Shown: in pieces, positions 1 through 6,545 of the stretch
How the letters are laid out: every line of letters starts with the position of its first letter
Numbering within the stretch: the first letter of the stretch is position 1
NCBI GenBank assembly: GCA_025359105.1
Contig: JANYHK010000037.1
Coordinates: forward strand, 1 to 12,806
Source of the DNA: Myxococcales bacterium
GTDB taxonomy: Bacteria; Myxococcota_A; Polyangia; Polyangiales; Polyangiaceae
Length of the DNA: 12,806 nucleotides
Direction of reading: 5' to 3'
Notes under the pieces: generated by a model
What the model saw: the letters and a program-made list of their open reading frames with translations, nothing else
Database searches by the model: none
Told to the model about the DNA's origin: nothing
Program-made: the position numbers and the translations under genes

Positions 1-165
1 TTCGGAGCCGGAACGCCGCGGGGGGCGGCCGATGCCGTGCTCGCCGCGATCTTCATGACGCTGTCGATGGTCCTCGAGAAGATCGGGCGCCTCGGCGACG
101 CCTTCATTGGCACGATCCTCCCGCGCGCGACGCCGCGCCGCACCGCCCTCGCGCGCGGCGCGTGA
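1..165 (+). CDS. C-terminal end of an unidentified protein; the 5' part lies outside the window
   Basis: Frame 1 is open from base 1 to TGA at 163-165. Third codon positions are strongly G/C. Translation is FGAGTPRGAADAVLAAIFMTLSMVLEKIGRLGDAFIGTILPRATPRRTALARGA, with a hydrophobic stretch (AVLAAIFMTLSMVL). No family was recognised. Confidence 0.35.
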   Translation, partial: FGAGTPRGAADAVLAAIFMTLSMVLEKIGRLGDAFIGTILPRATPRRTALARGA

Positions 166-330
166 GACGAAAGGCCGTTTCCTCAACGGGCTGCTAAGTG
201 CTTGAGCACATCGTCAACCGCCAAGTTGGTCCACGGCTGGCGGAGAGCTGCTGAAAACCGCGCATAATCCCTTGTTCTGTCAACGCGCCGCCGCCCCTTC
301 GCACCGCTCCCCCCTTTGCGCTGCCTTCTC

Positions 331-429
331 GCCGGCGTCATCGAAGAACGGCTCGTGCGCTACAGCGCCGGCATCGAGGACACCGTCGATCTCGCGGCAG
401 ATCTGACGCAGGCGCTGGACGCGATCTGA
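331..429 (+). pseudogene. Remnant of the extreme C-terminus of a Cys/Met-metabolism PLP-dependent enzyme (cystathionine gamma-synthase / O-acylhomoserine sulfhydrylase family)
   Basis: Frame 1 reads AGVIEERLVRYSAGIEDTVDLAADLTQALDAI and stops at TGA 427-429. This matches the conserved C-terminal signature of the family (G-I/V-x-x-x-L-V/I-R-L/Y-S-V/A-G-I-E-D-x-x-D-L-I/A-x-D-L-x-Q-A-L). The same frame has a TAA at 265-267 and no family-like sequence upstream, so only about 30 codons survive. Confidence 0.45.
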
Positions 430-443
430 AGACGAGGTCCGGC

Positions 444-1844
444 CTACTTGCCGTTTGCCCACACCCCGGTGATCGACTGCGCGGCGCTCGTTCCCGTGGG
501 GAAGACGATGGTGAGCTCGGCGCTGGGGAACGCCAGCACGGAGTGCCCCTGCCCGTCGTCCGGGGTGACGACGCAGCTCGTCGCGACGACGCAGTCCGCG
601 TCGGAGGTGGTGTTGAGGTTGTTCGCCAGCAGGCTGGCGAACGGGACCGCGTTGGCCCAGTCGACCGTGAACGGAGCGCCATCCTTGGTGAGCTTGCCGA
701 TGCCGAGCGAGTACTTCGTAGTGCCGTCGTACGCGTCGATGGTCCCACGGTAGCCTGCCGTCGCGATGGCCTTGTACGCGATGTTCGTCGTCTTGTTGTA
801 TTCGAGCGTGAGCTCCCCGGCCGGTCCCCATTGGATGGCGCCGTAGCCGGGATCGCTCGCGGTGACCTGCTTGCCGTTGCAGTTGATGGCGTCGGCCGCT
901 TGCCACGTGAGTCCATTGGGGCGGGGCCGCGAGAGATCTAGACCGCCGAGGTACGGCCCGGTGGCGCCCCCCGAGCCGCCGGAGAAGCCGAAGATGCTGC
1001 TGTCGTCCATGGCCTCGAGCGCAGCGGTGGGTGTCGAGCAGTCGGCCTTTCCCCCGTCCCAAAAATTGTAGAAGGCATTCACCTTGTTCGTCCCGGCTGG
1101 CGCCAAGATGTAGAAGTGAAGCGGGCGCACGCCGAATATGGCCCTCCCGAGCCCGTCGTCGGGGAGGATGAGGCACGCGCCGCCGGAGGTGCACGCGTTC
1201 GGCGCGCCGGTGACCGTCGGAGCGAACGACGCCATCATCCCGTCGTAGAGCTCGTTCCACGTGGTGCGGTCGACCTCCGTCCAGTCGAGCGGGAGATCGG
1301 CGCCGTCACGGAGGACCTTGCCGGCCCCGATCTCGTAGCTGTGCGTGCCGTAGCTGCCGCCGGCCCGGCTCTGGAAGCGGACCGTGCCTGTATACGCGTC
1401 GCCGAGCTCGAACGAGTAGATGAGCCGCGACTCCATGTTGTAGTACGCGGTGATTCCCTGAACCGCCGTCCCCCAGTGCGCTGTGCGGTAGCCGCCGCGT
1501 TGGCTGGGGTCCAACGTCGCGCAGCCGGCCGCGTTCGCTTCGTCGAAGCTGAGCCCCTTCGGGTTCTGGCCGCGCGTCAGATCGAAGCCGGCGTAGCCGC
1601 TCGGAGGCGCGATGGGCGCCTTCAGCATCTGCGCGACGAGGTCCGCGCAGGAGATCGCCAGGCCGGCCTCAGAGATCGGCGTTCCCGCTTCGGCGGCGGG
1701 CGGCAGCGGCGCGTCGACGGAGGCGTCTCCTGTCTGGACGGCTCCTTGGCCGGCGCCGGCGCCCAGCGAGGGATTGGTGACGCAGTGAATCAGGCCGAGC
1801 GACAGCCCGCCGAAGATGGACGCAAGCAGAAGAGGTCGGTTCAT
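444..1844 (-). CDS. Exported protein (signal peptide, possibly a lipoprotein) built from two tandem homologous ~190-aa domains; function unknown
   Basis: This is the internal ATG of the 794-aa track ORF, at 1844. A GGAGG sits at 1856-1852, 7 nt upstream. The N-terminus MNRPLLLASIFGGLSLGLIHC looks like a signal peptide. The stop is TAG at 444-446. Everything upstream of this ATG in the 794-aa ORF is Arg-rich out-of-frame read-through of the neighbouring gene. The internal domain duplication is visible by eye (see findings). Confidence 0.8.
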   Translation of the reverse strand: MNRPLLLASIFGGLSLGLIHCVTNPSLGAGAGQGAVQTGDASVDAPLPPAAEAGTPISEAGLAISCADLVAQMLKAPIAPPSGYAGFDLTRGQNPKGLSFDEANAAGCATLDPSQRGGYRTAHWGTAVQGITAYYNMESRLIYSFELGDAYTGTVRFQSRAGGSYGTHSYEIGAGKVLRDGADLPLDWTEVDRTTWNELYDGMMASFAPTVTGAPNACTSGGACLILPDDGLGRAIFGVRPLHFYILAPAGTNKVNAFYNFWDGGKADCSTPTAALEAMDDSSIFGFSGGSGGATGPYLGGLDLSRPRPNGLTWQAADAINCNGKQVTASDPGYGAIQWGPAGELTLEYNKTTNIAYKAIATAGYRGTIDAYDGTTKYSLGIGKLTKDGAPFTVDWANAVPFASLLANNLNTTSDADCVVATSCVVTPDDGQGHSVLAFPSAELTIVFPTGTSAAQSITGVWANGK

Positions 1845-1918
1845 GTGTAAGCCTCCGGCGGCGCGCGTTGTTGCGCGGGTCCGCGGTACACAGCAACCGG
1901 AGAGCGGGCCCATCGGGA

Positions 1919-2812
1919 TCACGGAATCGACGTCTGGCTCACCAGAATCCGCACGCGCTCGCAGAGGGGGCTCGCGGGGTGCTCGCGCAGGAAGGCCTCG
2001 CCGAGGCGCTGCGCCGCCGCGCGATCTGCTGCGCCTCCTCGCCGCGCGAGCGCCTCGACGCGAAGCACGGTGGCCTCGGGCGCAAGCACGCCTCGCGGGA
2101 ACGCGCTGCCGTAGTCGTCGAGCGCCGTGAGCGCGCGGGTCGGATCGTTCGTCTGTAGGGCGGCGCGGGCGGCCTCGAGCTTTGCGGTCTCGGCCACGAG
2201 CGTGGACGCCGCCCGCGGGGCAGCCGGCGCGGGAGCCCGCGGGCTCGGGGGAGCGAGGTCGAGCGGCGGCGTCGCTGCCGAAGCTGTGCGACGGGATGGC
2301 GGCGGGCGCGGCGCGACGGGCGGCGGCGGTGGGGCGGCAAGCGGCTGCGGAGCGGCAAGCGGCGACGGCGCAACATCCGTGGGCGCGGGGTCGGGCGCAG
2401 GCGAGGGCAGGCGCGTCGTCGCCATGCGTGGAGAGCCGGTCGCGACGGTCGGCGCGTTCAGAGGAGCTGCGGCGTGCGTGGGCGTCGTCGGCGTCGGACG
2501 GGTGGCGACCTCGGCGGCCCCCCAGGACGCCGCGCCGACGAGCGCAGCGATGCCGACCCATTTCACGGCGGTCCCCGCCGCCAAGGCCGCACCGCCCGCG
2601 ACCGGCGCCGTGGCTGCAGCGGCGCCCGCGCCGACCGTCGCCGCGGCCGCGCTCGAGGCGACGGTGCCGCTCGCGACGCCGAGTGAGCCGAGCCCGAGGG
2701 CGATCGCCGCGCCGCGATGGGTACGCGGGGAAGGTCCGTCCGCGCGCGCCGCCTCGAGCATCGCGCGCGTGCTCGAGTCCGTCGCGTCGAAGAGCCGCTG
2801 GGGATCCTTCAT
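1919..2812 (-). CDS. Membrane-anchored anti-sigma-factor-like protein: short N-terminal cytoplasmic segment, Ala/Gly-rich hydrophobic region, Pro-rich linker, C-terminal helical (TPR-like) domain
   Basis: The ATG at 2812 overlaps the sigma-factor stop (ATGA at 2812-2809), which suggests translational coupling. The hydrophobic segment is KWVGIAALVGAASWGAAEV. The long Pro-rich tract is PSPAPDPAPTDVAPSPLAAPQPLAAPPPPPVAPRPPPS. The helical C-terminus is LEAARAALQTNDPTRALTALDDY...RVEALARRG...AFLREHPASP. Its position directly downstream of an ECF sigma gene is the usual anti-sigma position. No HxxxCxxC zinc motif is present. Confidence 0.7.
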   Translation of the reverse strand: MKDPQRLFDATDSSTRAMLEAARADGPSPRTHRGAAIALGLGSLGVASGTVASSAAAATVGAGAAAATAPVAGGAALAAGTAVKWVGIAALVGAASWGAAEVATRPTPTTPTHAAAPLNAPTVATGSPRMATTRLPSPAPDPAPTDVAPSPLAAPQPLAAPPPPPVAPRPPPSRRTASAATPPLDLAPPSPRAPAPAAPRAASTLVAETAKLEAARAALQTNDPTRALTALDDYGSAFPRGVLAPEATVLRVEALARRGGAADRAAAQRLGEAFLREHPASPLCERVRILVSQTSIP

Positions 2813-3357
2813 GACGCCCTCCCTTCACGATGCAGCCCCGACGCCGCGCGCGCCTTCGCGCGCTTCGCGAGGCCGTCGAACTCCTCGCGCGCGCGGCGGA
2901 GGCGCGAGGCGACCGTGCCGCGCGGGAGGCCGAGCGCGGGGGCGATGTCGTGCGTCGACATCCCCTCGACTTCGTACAAGACGAAGACCGCGCGGAGCTC
3001 GAACGGCATCTCGTCGAGCAAGGCGTCGAACCGCTCGAGGGCGCGCTTCTTCTCGGTCAGCTGCTCCGGGTTCGGCGCCGCGCTCGCCACGAGGTCGAGG
3101 TCCTCCCTCACCTCCTCGCGGGCGCGCGCACCGGCGCGGCGCGCCTCCGCGGCCACGCGGAGGGCCGTCCCCAAAAGAAAAGAGCGGGCTTTCGCCCGGT
3201 CGACCACGTCGATCTTGCGCGCCGCCACGAGGAAGACCTGCTGGGCGGAGTCGTCGACGTTCTGCGGCGCGACCCCGAACCGACGCAAAATGCGCCAGAT
3301 GAACGCATAATTCTCTTCGAACATGGTCCGCAGATCCGCCCTAGATCCCTGATCCAT
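2809..3357 (-). CDS. ECF-type (group 4) sigma-70 family RNA polymerase sigma factor
   Basis: The region 2 signature is DLRTMFEENYAFIWRILRRFGVAPQNVDDSAQQVFLVAARKI. The region 4.2 HTH is ELRAVFVLYEVEGMSTHDIAPALGLPRGTVASRLRRAREEF. The stop is TGA at 2809-2811. I chose the ATG at 3357 (MDQGSRADL...) because it gives the usual spacing before region 2. In-frame alternative ATGs at 3408, 3432 and 3459 cannot be excluded. The rest of the 572-aa track ORF is out-of-frame read-through of the upstream gene. Confidence 0.85.
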   Translation of the reverse strand: MDQGSRADLRTMFEENYAFIWRILRRFGVAPQNVDDSAQQVFLVAARKIDVVDRAKARSFLLGTALRVAAEARRAGARAREEVREDLDLVASAAPNPEQLTEKKRALERFDALLDEMPFELRAVFVLYEVEGMSTHDIAPALGLPRGTVASRLRRAREEFDGLAKRAKARAASGLHREGRAS

Positions 3358-3491
3358 CGGCCTTTCGGCTTGGGTCAAGAGCCCGGCGACGTCGGGCTCG
3401 AAAGGCATCTCTGCGGCGACTCCGGGTTTCATGTGCTCGGGAGCCCCGACAGGGCCCATGACGGAGCTATGACTCGGGGGGTACGCGCGGA

Positions 3492-4505
3492 TCACGGAAA
3501 GCGACCGCCGGCGTGTACGGCGACGATCGCGCCGAAGGCAGAGGGCTGGTGTACGGTCACGTCGGGGACGTCGAAGTGAAAGCGCGGTCGGGTGAGAGCG
3601 ACCAGGCCTCCCGCCTCGACGTCCAGGAAGACCGGCGGCATGGGAGACCACTCTCCGCGGCCGATCAAGCCCACGTCGGCCCACGCGCGCGCGTCCGCGC
3701 GAGGCGACGCGATGTTCGAGCCGGTTCCCGCGAGCGCCCCGAGGTCGGAGCGAAGGCACGGGGAGAAGCCGAGGGCTGCCGTGGAGAAACGCACCGGGCA
3801 CAGGTCGAGCGTCGCGACCGTCCACGTGAAGCTCGCGGAGCCGGAGGCCGGGACGTCGAAGGTGCCGCTCGCCGCGCGTTCGGCGCCGAGGCGCACCGTC
3901 GGCTGCCAAGCGGTCGCTCCGCGCAGTCCCCCCTCGACGAATCCGCCGACGCTGAGGAGTGGGTCGGGCCCGACGCCATGCACGGCACCCACGCCGATCC
4001 CAGCGGCGATCGAAAAAGGCGAGGTGCGCGAGGGGGAAGGGGCCGCGGGCGTCGGCGCGTCGCGTGTCGGAGCGCTGGCCGCCGGGCTCGGCGTCTCCGC
4101 TGGAGCAGGCCGCGGGGATGCCGACGCCATGGGGTCCACCGCGAGCGCCAAGACCAGCGCGAGGGCGTCGACGACCTCTGCGCAGGATTCGCCCGTCACG
4201 TCGCGCTCGGCGCGCACGCCGCTCGCGTCGACGGACGAGAGCCGGCCCACGTAGCCGCCGGCGCCGAAGATCACGTCGACGCGAAAGGCTCGCCCTGCGC
4301 CGTCGCGCGCCAAGCGAACCCGCGGCGTCCGTGCCCCCACGCTGGCCGCGAGCTCCGCTTCGGTCGGGCACGAGGGGGGCGCGCTGTACTCGAGGCGCGC
4401 CGGCACAGCCACGTCTCCTCGCGCGGCGCCCGCGAGCGAGCTCATCGCGAGCGCAGCGCATGCAGTAAGGAGGCAGCGACCCATGATGCGTCGCGTTCGT
4501 AGCAC
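3492..4505 (-). CDS. Exported protein: signal peptide, N-terminal domain, Pro/Ala/Ser linker, Gly-rich beta-strand-rich C-terminal domain; first gene of the ECF sigma operon
   Basis: This is a 337-aa ORF with strong G/C third positions. It starts at GTG 4505, with GGAG about 9 nt upstream; an alternative ATG lies at 4484. The signal peptide is GRCLLTACAALAMSSLAGAARG. The linker is ASPRPAPAETPSPAASAPTRDAPTPAAPSPS. The C-terminal half alternates hydrophobic and small residues (FTWTVATLDLCPVRFSTAALGFSPCL...GLVALTRPRFHFDV). No family was recognised. Confidence 0.7.
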   Translation of the reverse strand: MLRTRRIMGRCLLTACAALAMSSLAGAARGDVAVPARLEYSAPPSCPTEAELAASVGARTPRVRLARDGAGRAFRVDVIFGAGGYVGRLSSVDASGVRAERDVTGESCAEVVDALALVLALAVDPMASASPRPAPAETPSPAASAPTRDAPTPAAPSPSRTSPFSIAAGIGVGAVHGVGPDPLLSVGGFVEGGLRGATAWQPTVRLGAERAASGTFDVPASGSASFTWTVATLDLCPVRFSTAALGFSPCLRSDLGALAGTGSNIASPRADARAWADVGLIGRGEWSPMPPVFLDVEAGGLVALTRPRFHFDVPDVTVHQPSAFGAIVAVHAGGRFP

Positions 4506-4553
4506 CGGGCCTCACTCCGGCCAGCATCGGCGCTCGGTTTCGAGCACCGGCGT

Positions 4554-5306
4554 CTATTCGTTCGCCACGAGGGGGGAATCGGCGAGACGTCGCGTATCAC
4601 GGAGGTCGCGTCGAGCTCCGCCTTGAACCGATCTTGTCGGAGAAGCTCCGCGCCGCGCCGCTCGCCGGCATCCGCTCGATGAGGAACATGCGCCGCAGGT
4701 CGCCGATCGCCTTCTCGAGTTGCTTGCATCCTTCGCGCGCGCTCGGCGTGATGTCGTCGAGCGCGTCGACACGCTCGACCGCCTGCCACAAGCTCCAGCC
4801 TTTTGCGGTCGCATACGTCGTGAGGCGCTCGATGCTCGGTCGCCGATCCCGCGCGGCGGATAGTTGACGATGCGCCGCAGCGCGGTCTCGTCGGAGCGGT
4901 TCAGCGCGACCTTCAAGTAGGCGAGGAGATCCTTCACCTCCTTACGCTCGAAGAACTGCTGGCCGCCGACGACCTTGTGCGCGACCCCTTGCTCGCGCAG
5001 CGCCGCCTGGAGCGCGGTCGACTGGCCGTTGGAGCGATAGAGGATCGCGAAGTCCTTCGGACGGCGCCCCTCCTCTTTGATGATGCGGAAGATCTCGCGA
5101 CCGATGTACGCGGCCTCGGCCTCGGGGGTCGACGCGGCGCCGTCATGACCTTGGTGCCGCCGTCGCGATCGGTGAAGAGGACCTTGCGGTGCTTCACGCC
5201 GGGGCGCTTCGCGATGACGGCGTTGGCGACGGCGAGGACCGGCCTGCGCGAGCGGTAGTTCTGCTCGAGCTTGACGACCTTGGCGCCCGTGAAGTGCTCC
5301 TCGAAG
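4554..5306 (-). pseudogene. UvrD/Rep/PcrA-family (SF1A) helicase relic: motif IV through the 2B domain only, truncated at both ends, with at least three frameshifts
   Basis: Helicase-like segments lie in three different minus frames:
- FEEHFTGAKVVKLEQNYRSRRPVLAVANAVIAKRPGVKHRKVLFTDRDGGTKV (the LEQNYRS motif IV)
- STPEAEAAYIGREIFRIIKEEGRRPKDFAILYRSNGQSTALQAALREQGVAHKVVGGQQFFERKEVKDLLAYLKVALNRSDETALRRIVNYPPRGIGD
- IERLTTYATAKGWSLWQAVERVDALDDITPSAREGCKQLEKAIGDLRRMFLIERMPASGAARSFSDKIG
- FKAELDATS
The N-terminal motifs (Walker A, DExx) and motifs V/VI are absent. Homology starts exactly at the repeat boundary at 5306 and fades near 4586. Confidence 0.8.
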
Positions 5307-5415
5307 GAGGGTAGGAAGCCCAAAGCCGATCCCATGGCGAAGCGGACCCCTGGGATCCCCGGGCCCAGCGCCTGTCACGAGCCGTTCGGTTCGTGACAAC
5401 CTGCCGGCCTAATTG
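5307..5415. repeat. Copy A of a 109-bp interspersed repeat with an internal hairpin
   Basis: It matches 7850-7958 at 108 of 109 bases in direct orientation. The single difference is A at 5324 versus T at 7867. It contains the hairpin tgtcacgagcc-gttc-ggttcgtgaca (5373-5398) and the overlapping palindromes GGATCC/CCCGGG/GGGCCC. Confidence 0.95.
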
Positions 5416-5416
5416 A

Positions 5417-5829
5417 GGCGCGCTCGACGGCCTCTTCTTCGTCGTCACGTTCGCGATCGTCGGCCCTTCGCTCCTCGTGGACCTGCGCAGCATCGCGCGG
5501 GGTGACCTCAACGCCTACGCGGCCTTGGTGTCGGATGTCGGTGATCTGGTTGCGCTCACGCTGGTCGCGCCCGTCCTGCGCACGGCGTTGGCCCTTCGCG
5601 GCGGACGCCTCGTCTGGCCGTGGCTCCTCGTCACCGCGACCGAGCTGACCTGGCTCCTGTACGACGCGGCGGGCGCTCTCCTCCCGCTTTGGTACGGCGG
5701 ACAGGCCCGCTCCCGCACGAAGAGATCCTTCGCGCCCTCGCGTGCTCACTGGCCTTCCTCGCCGGCCTCGCGCAGCGTCACGTCGTGGGCGTCGAGGCCC
5801 TCGACGCCGCACCGCCCGTCGAAGGGTGA
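5417..5829 (+). pseudogene. 5'-truncated, frameshifted fragment of a polytopic membrane protein
   Basis: The frame opens immediately after the repeat (TGA at 5414-5416) with no start codon or signal sequence: GALDGLFFVVTFAIVGPSLLVDLRSIARGDLNAYAALVSDVGDLVALTLVAPVLRTALALRGGRLVWPWLLVTATELTWLLYDAAGALLPLWYGG. The protein-like sequence then continues in another frame from about 5700: GPLPHEEILRALACSLAFLAGLAQRHVVGVEALDAAPPVEG, with stop at 5827-5829. Several hydrophobic helices are present. No family was recognised. Confidence 0.5.
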
Positions 5830-5855
5830 GACCCATGCCGCACGCGGCCGCGGGC

Positions 5856-6401
5856 TCACCGCAGGAGCGAATCGAGGTACCCGCGCATCCTCGGCGCGTG
5901 ACCTTCGTGCGGGTCCGGAGCGCCGCTGCCGAAGCGCGCGCGGTTGCCGTTCTTGCGGGTGAGCGTCATCGTGCAACGCGCCTGGGCGATCTCACCGCCC
6001 GCTCCGAAGGACGCGACCTCCTTGGGCGTCTTCGTCGCCTGCACCAGCTCCGCGATCTGAGCGCGCGCCGACGTCGGCAGCATCGACTCGCGACGGAACG
6101 GACCTCCGCACGCGTCGGTCCCCGACACCCGTACGGTCTTGCGCGCGAAGTCCACCACGTACTTGCCCGACGCGTCACGTGACGTGCGGCCCGAGCACAG
6201 CGGGGCACCTCCCTCGAAGGCGAGCGTCAGCTTGACGTCGTCGGGCTGGAGCTCGAACGGCTCGCCGGGTGTGGCCTCGGCCTCCGCCGAGGTGACGGAG
6301 GTTCGGCCTTCTCCCCCGGACCCGGAGGCAGGCGAGGCGGCCGGCGGCGCGGCGCAGGACGAGGCGAGGAGGATCAGGAACGACGGTGCGACACGTTTCA
6401 T
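5856..6401 (-). CDS. Small putative lipoprotein (181 aa), function unknown
   Basis: This is the internal ATG at 6401 of the 442-aa track ORF. It is preceded by GGAGAGGAA about 6-8 nt upstream. The N-terminus MKRVAPSFLILLASSC resembles a signal peptide with a lipobox, followed by a Ser/Gly/Pro linker. The stop is TGA at 5856-5858. The longer ORF upstream is Arg-rich antisense of the DUF1566 gene. Confidence 0.7.
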   Translation of the reverse strand: MKRVAPSFLILLASSCAAPPAASPASGSGGEGRTSVTSAEAEATPGEPFELQPDDVKLTLAFEGGAPLCSGRTSRDASGKYVVDFARKTVRVSGTDACGGPFRRESMLPTSARAQIAELVQATKTPKEVASFGAGGEIAQARCTMTLTRKNGNRARFGSGAPDPHEGHAPRMRGYLDSLLR

Positions 6402-6545
6402 CGGTGTTCCTCTCCGTACGCTCGCCGCCGCCGCCGGCTCCCCACGAACACCGAGCCCGAGACGGCGGAGAGACCCCCGCGCACCCGGGAAGATCGCGAC
6501 GTCGGGCGCGTATACCGGGGGCCAGTCCTCCGTGACGCCCCTTGC
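6402..6545. promoter_or_regulatory. Divergent intergenic region expected to hold the promoters of the two lipoprotein genes
   Basis: This call rests on position only: a 144-bp gap between divergently oriented start codons (6401 minus, 6546 plus). I could not recognise any specific -35/-10 elements. Confidence 0.3.

Noticed and set aside
4537-4567. A possible ECF-type promoter upstream of the operon, on the minus strand: GCGAAC-N17-CGAAAC, about 30 nt before GTG 4505.
   Set aside because: Only the GAAC core of a -35 element is present and the -10 is not a clear CGTC/CGTA. Matches like this arise by chance in GC-rich DNA. It needs TSS mapping before it can be called.
5307-5415. The 109-bp repeat as an integron attC site. 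Its size is right and its copies are direct. One end reads GCCTAAT (ATTAGGC on the other strand), which is close to the GTTAGGC core.
   Set aside because: The element is not an imperfect palindrome over its whole length. The other end (GGTAGGA) pairs only weakly with it, the strong hairpin is off-centre, and no integrase or attI is in the window. A genome-wide search for intI would settle the question.
5307-5415. The repeat as a tRNA fragment or att site, or as a cloning-vector polylinker (GGATCC-CCCGGG-GGGCCC).
   Set aside because: I could build no T-arm/TTCGA-type loop or acceptor-stem arrangement. The restriction-site cluster is only 14 nt of overlapping GC palindromes embedded in native-looking sequence, with no other vector features.
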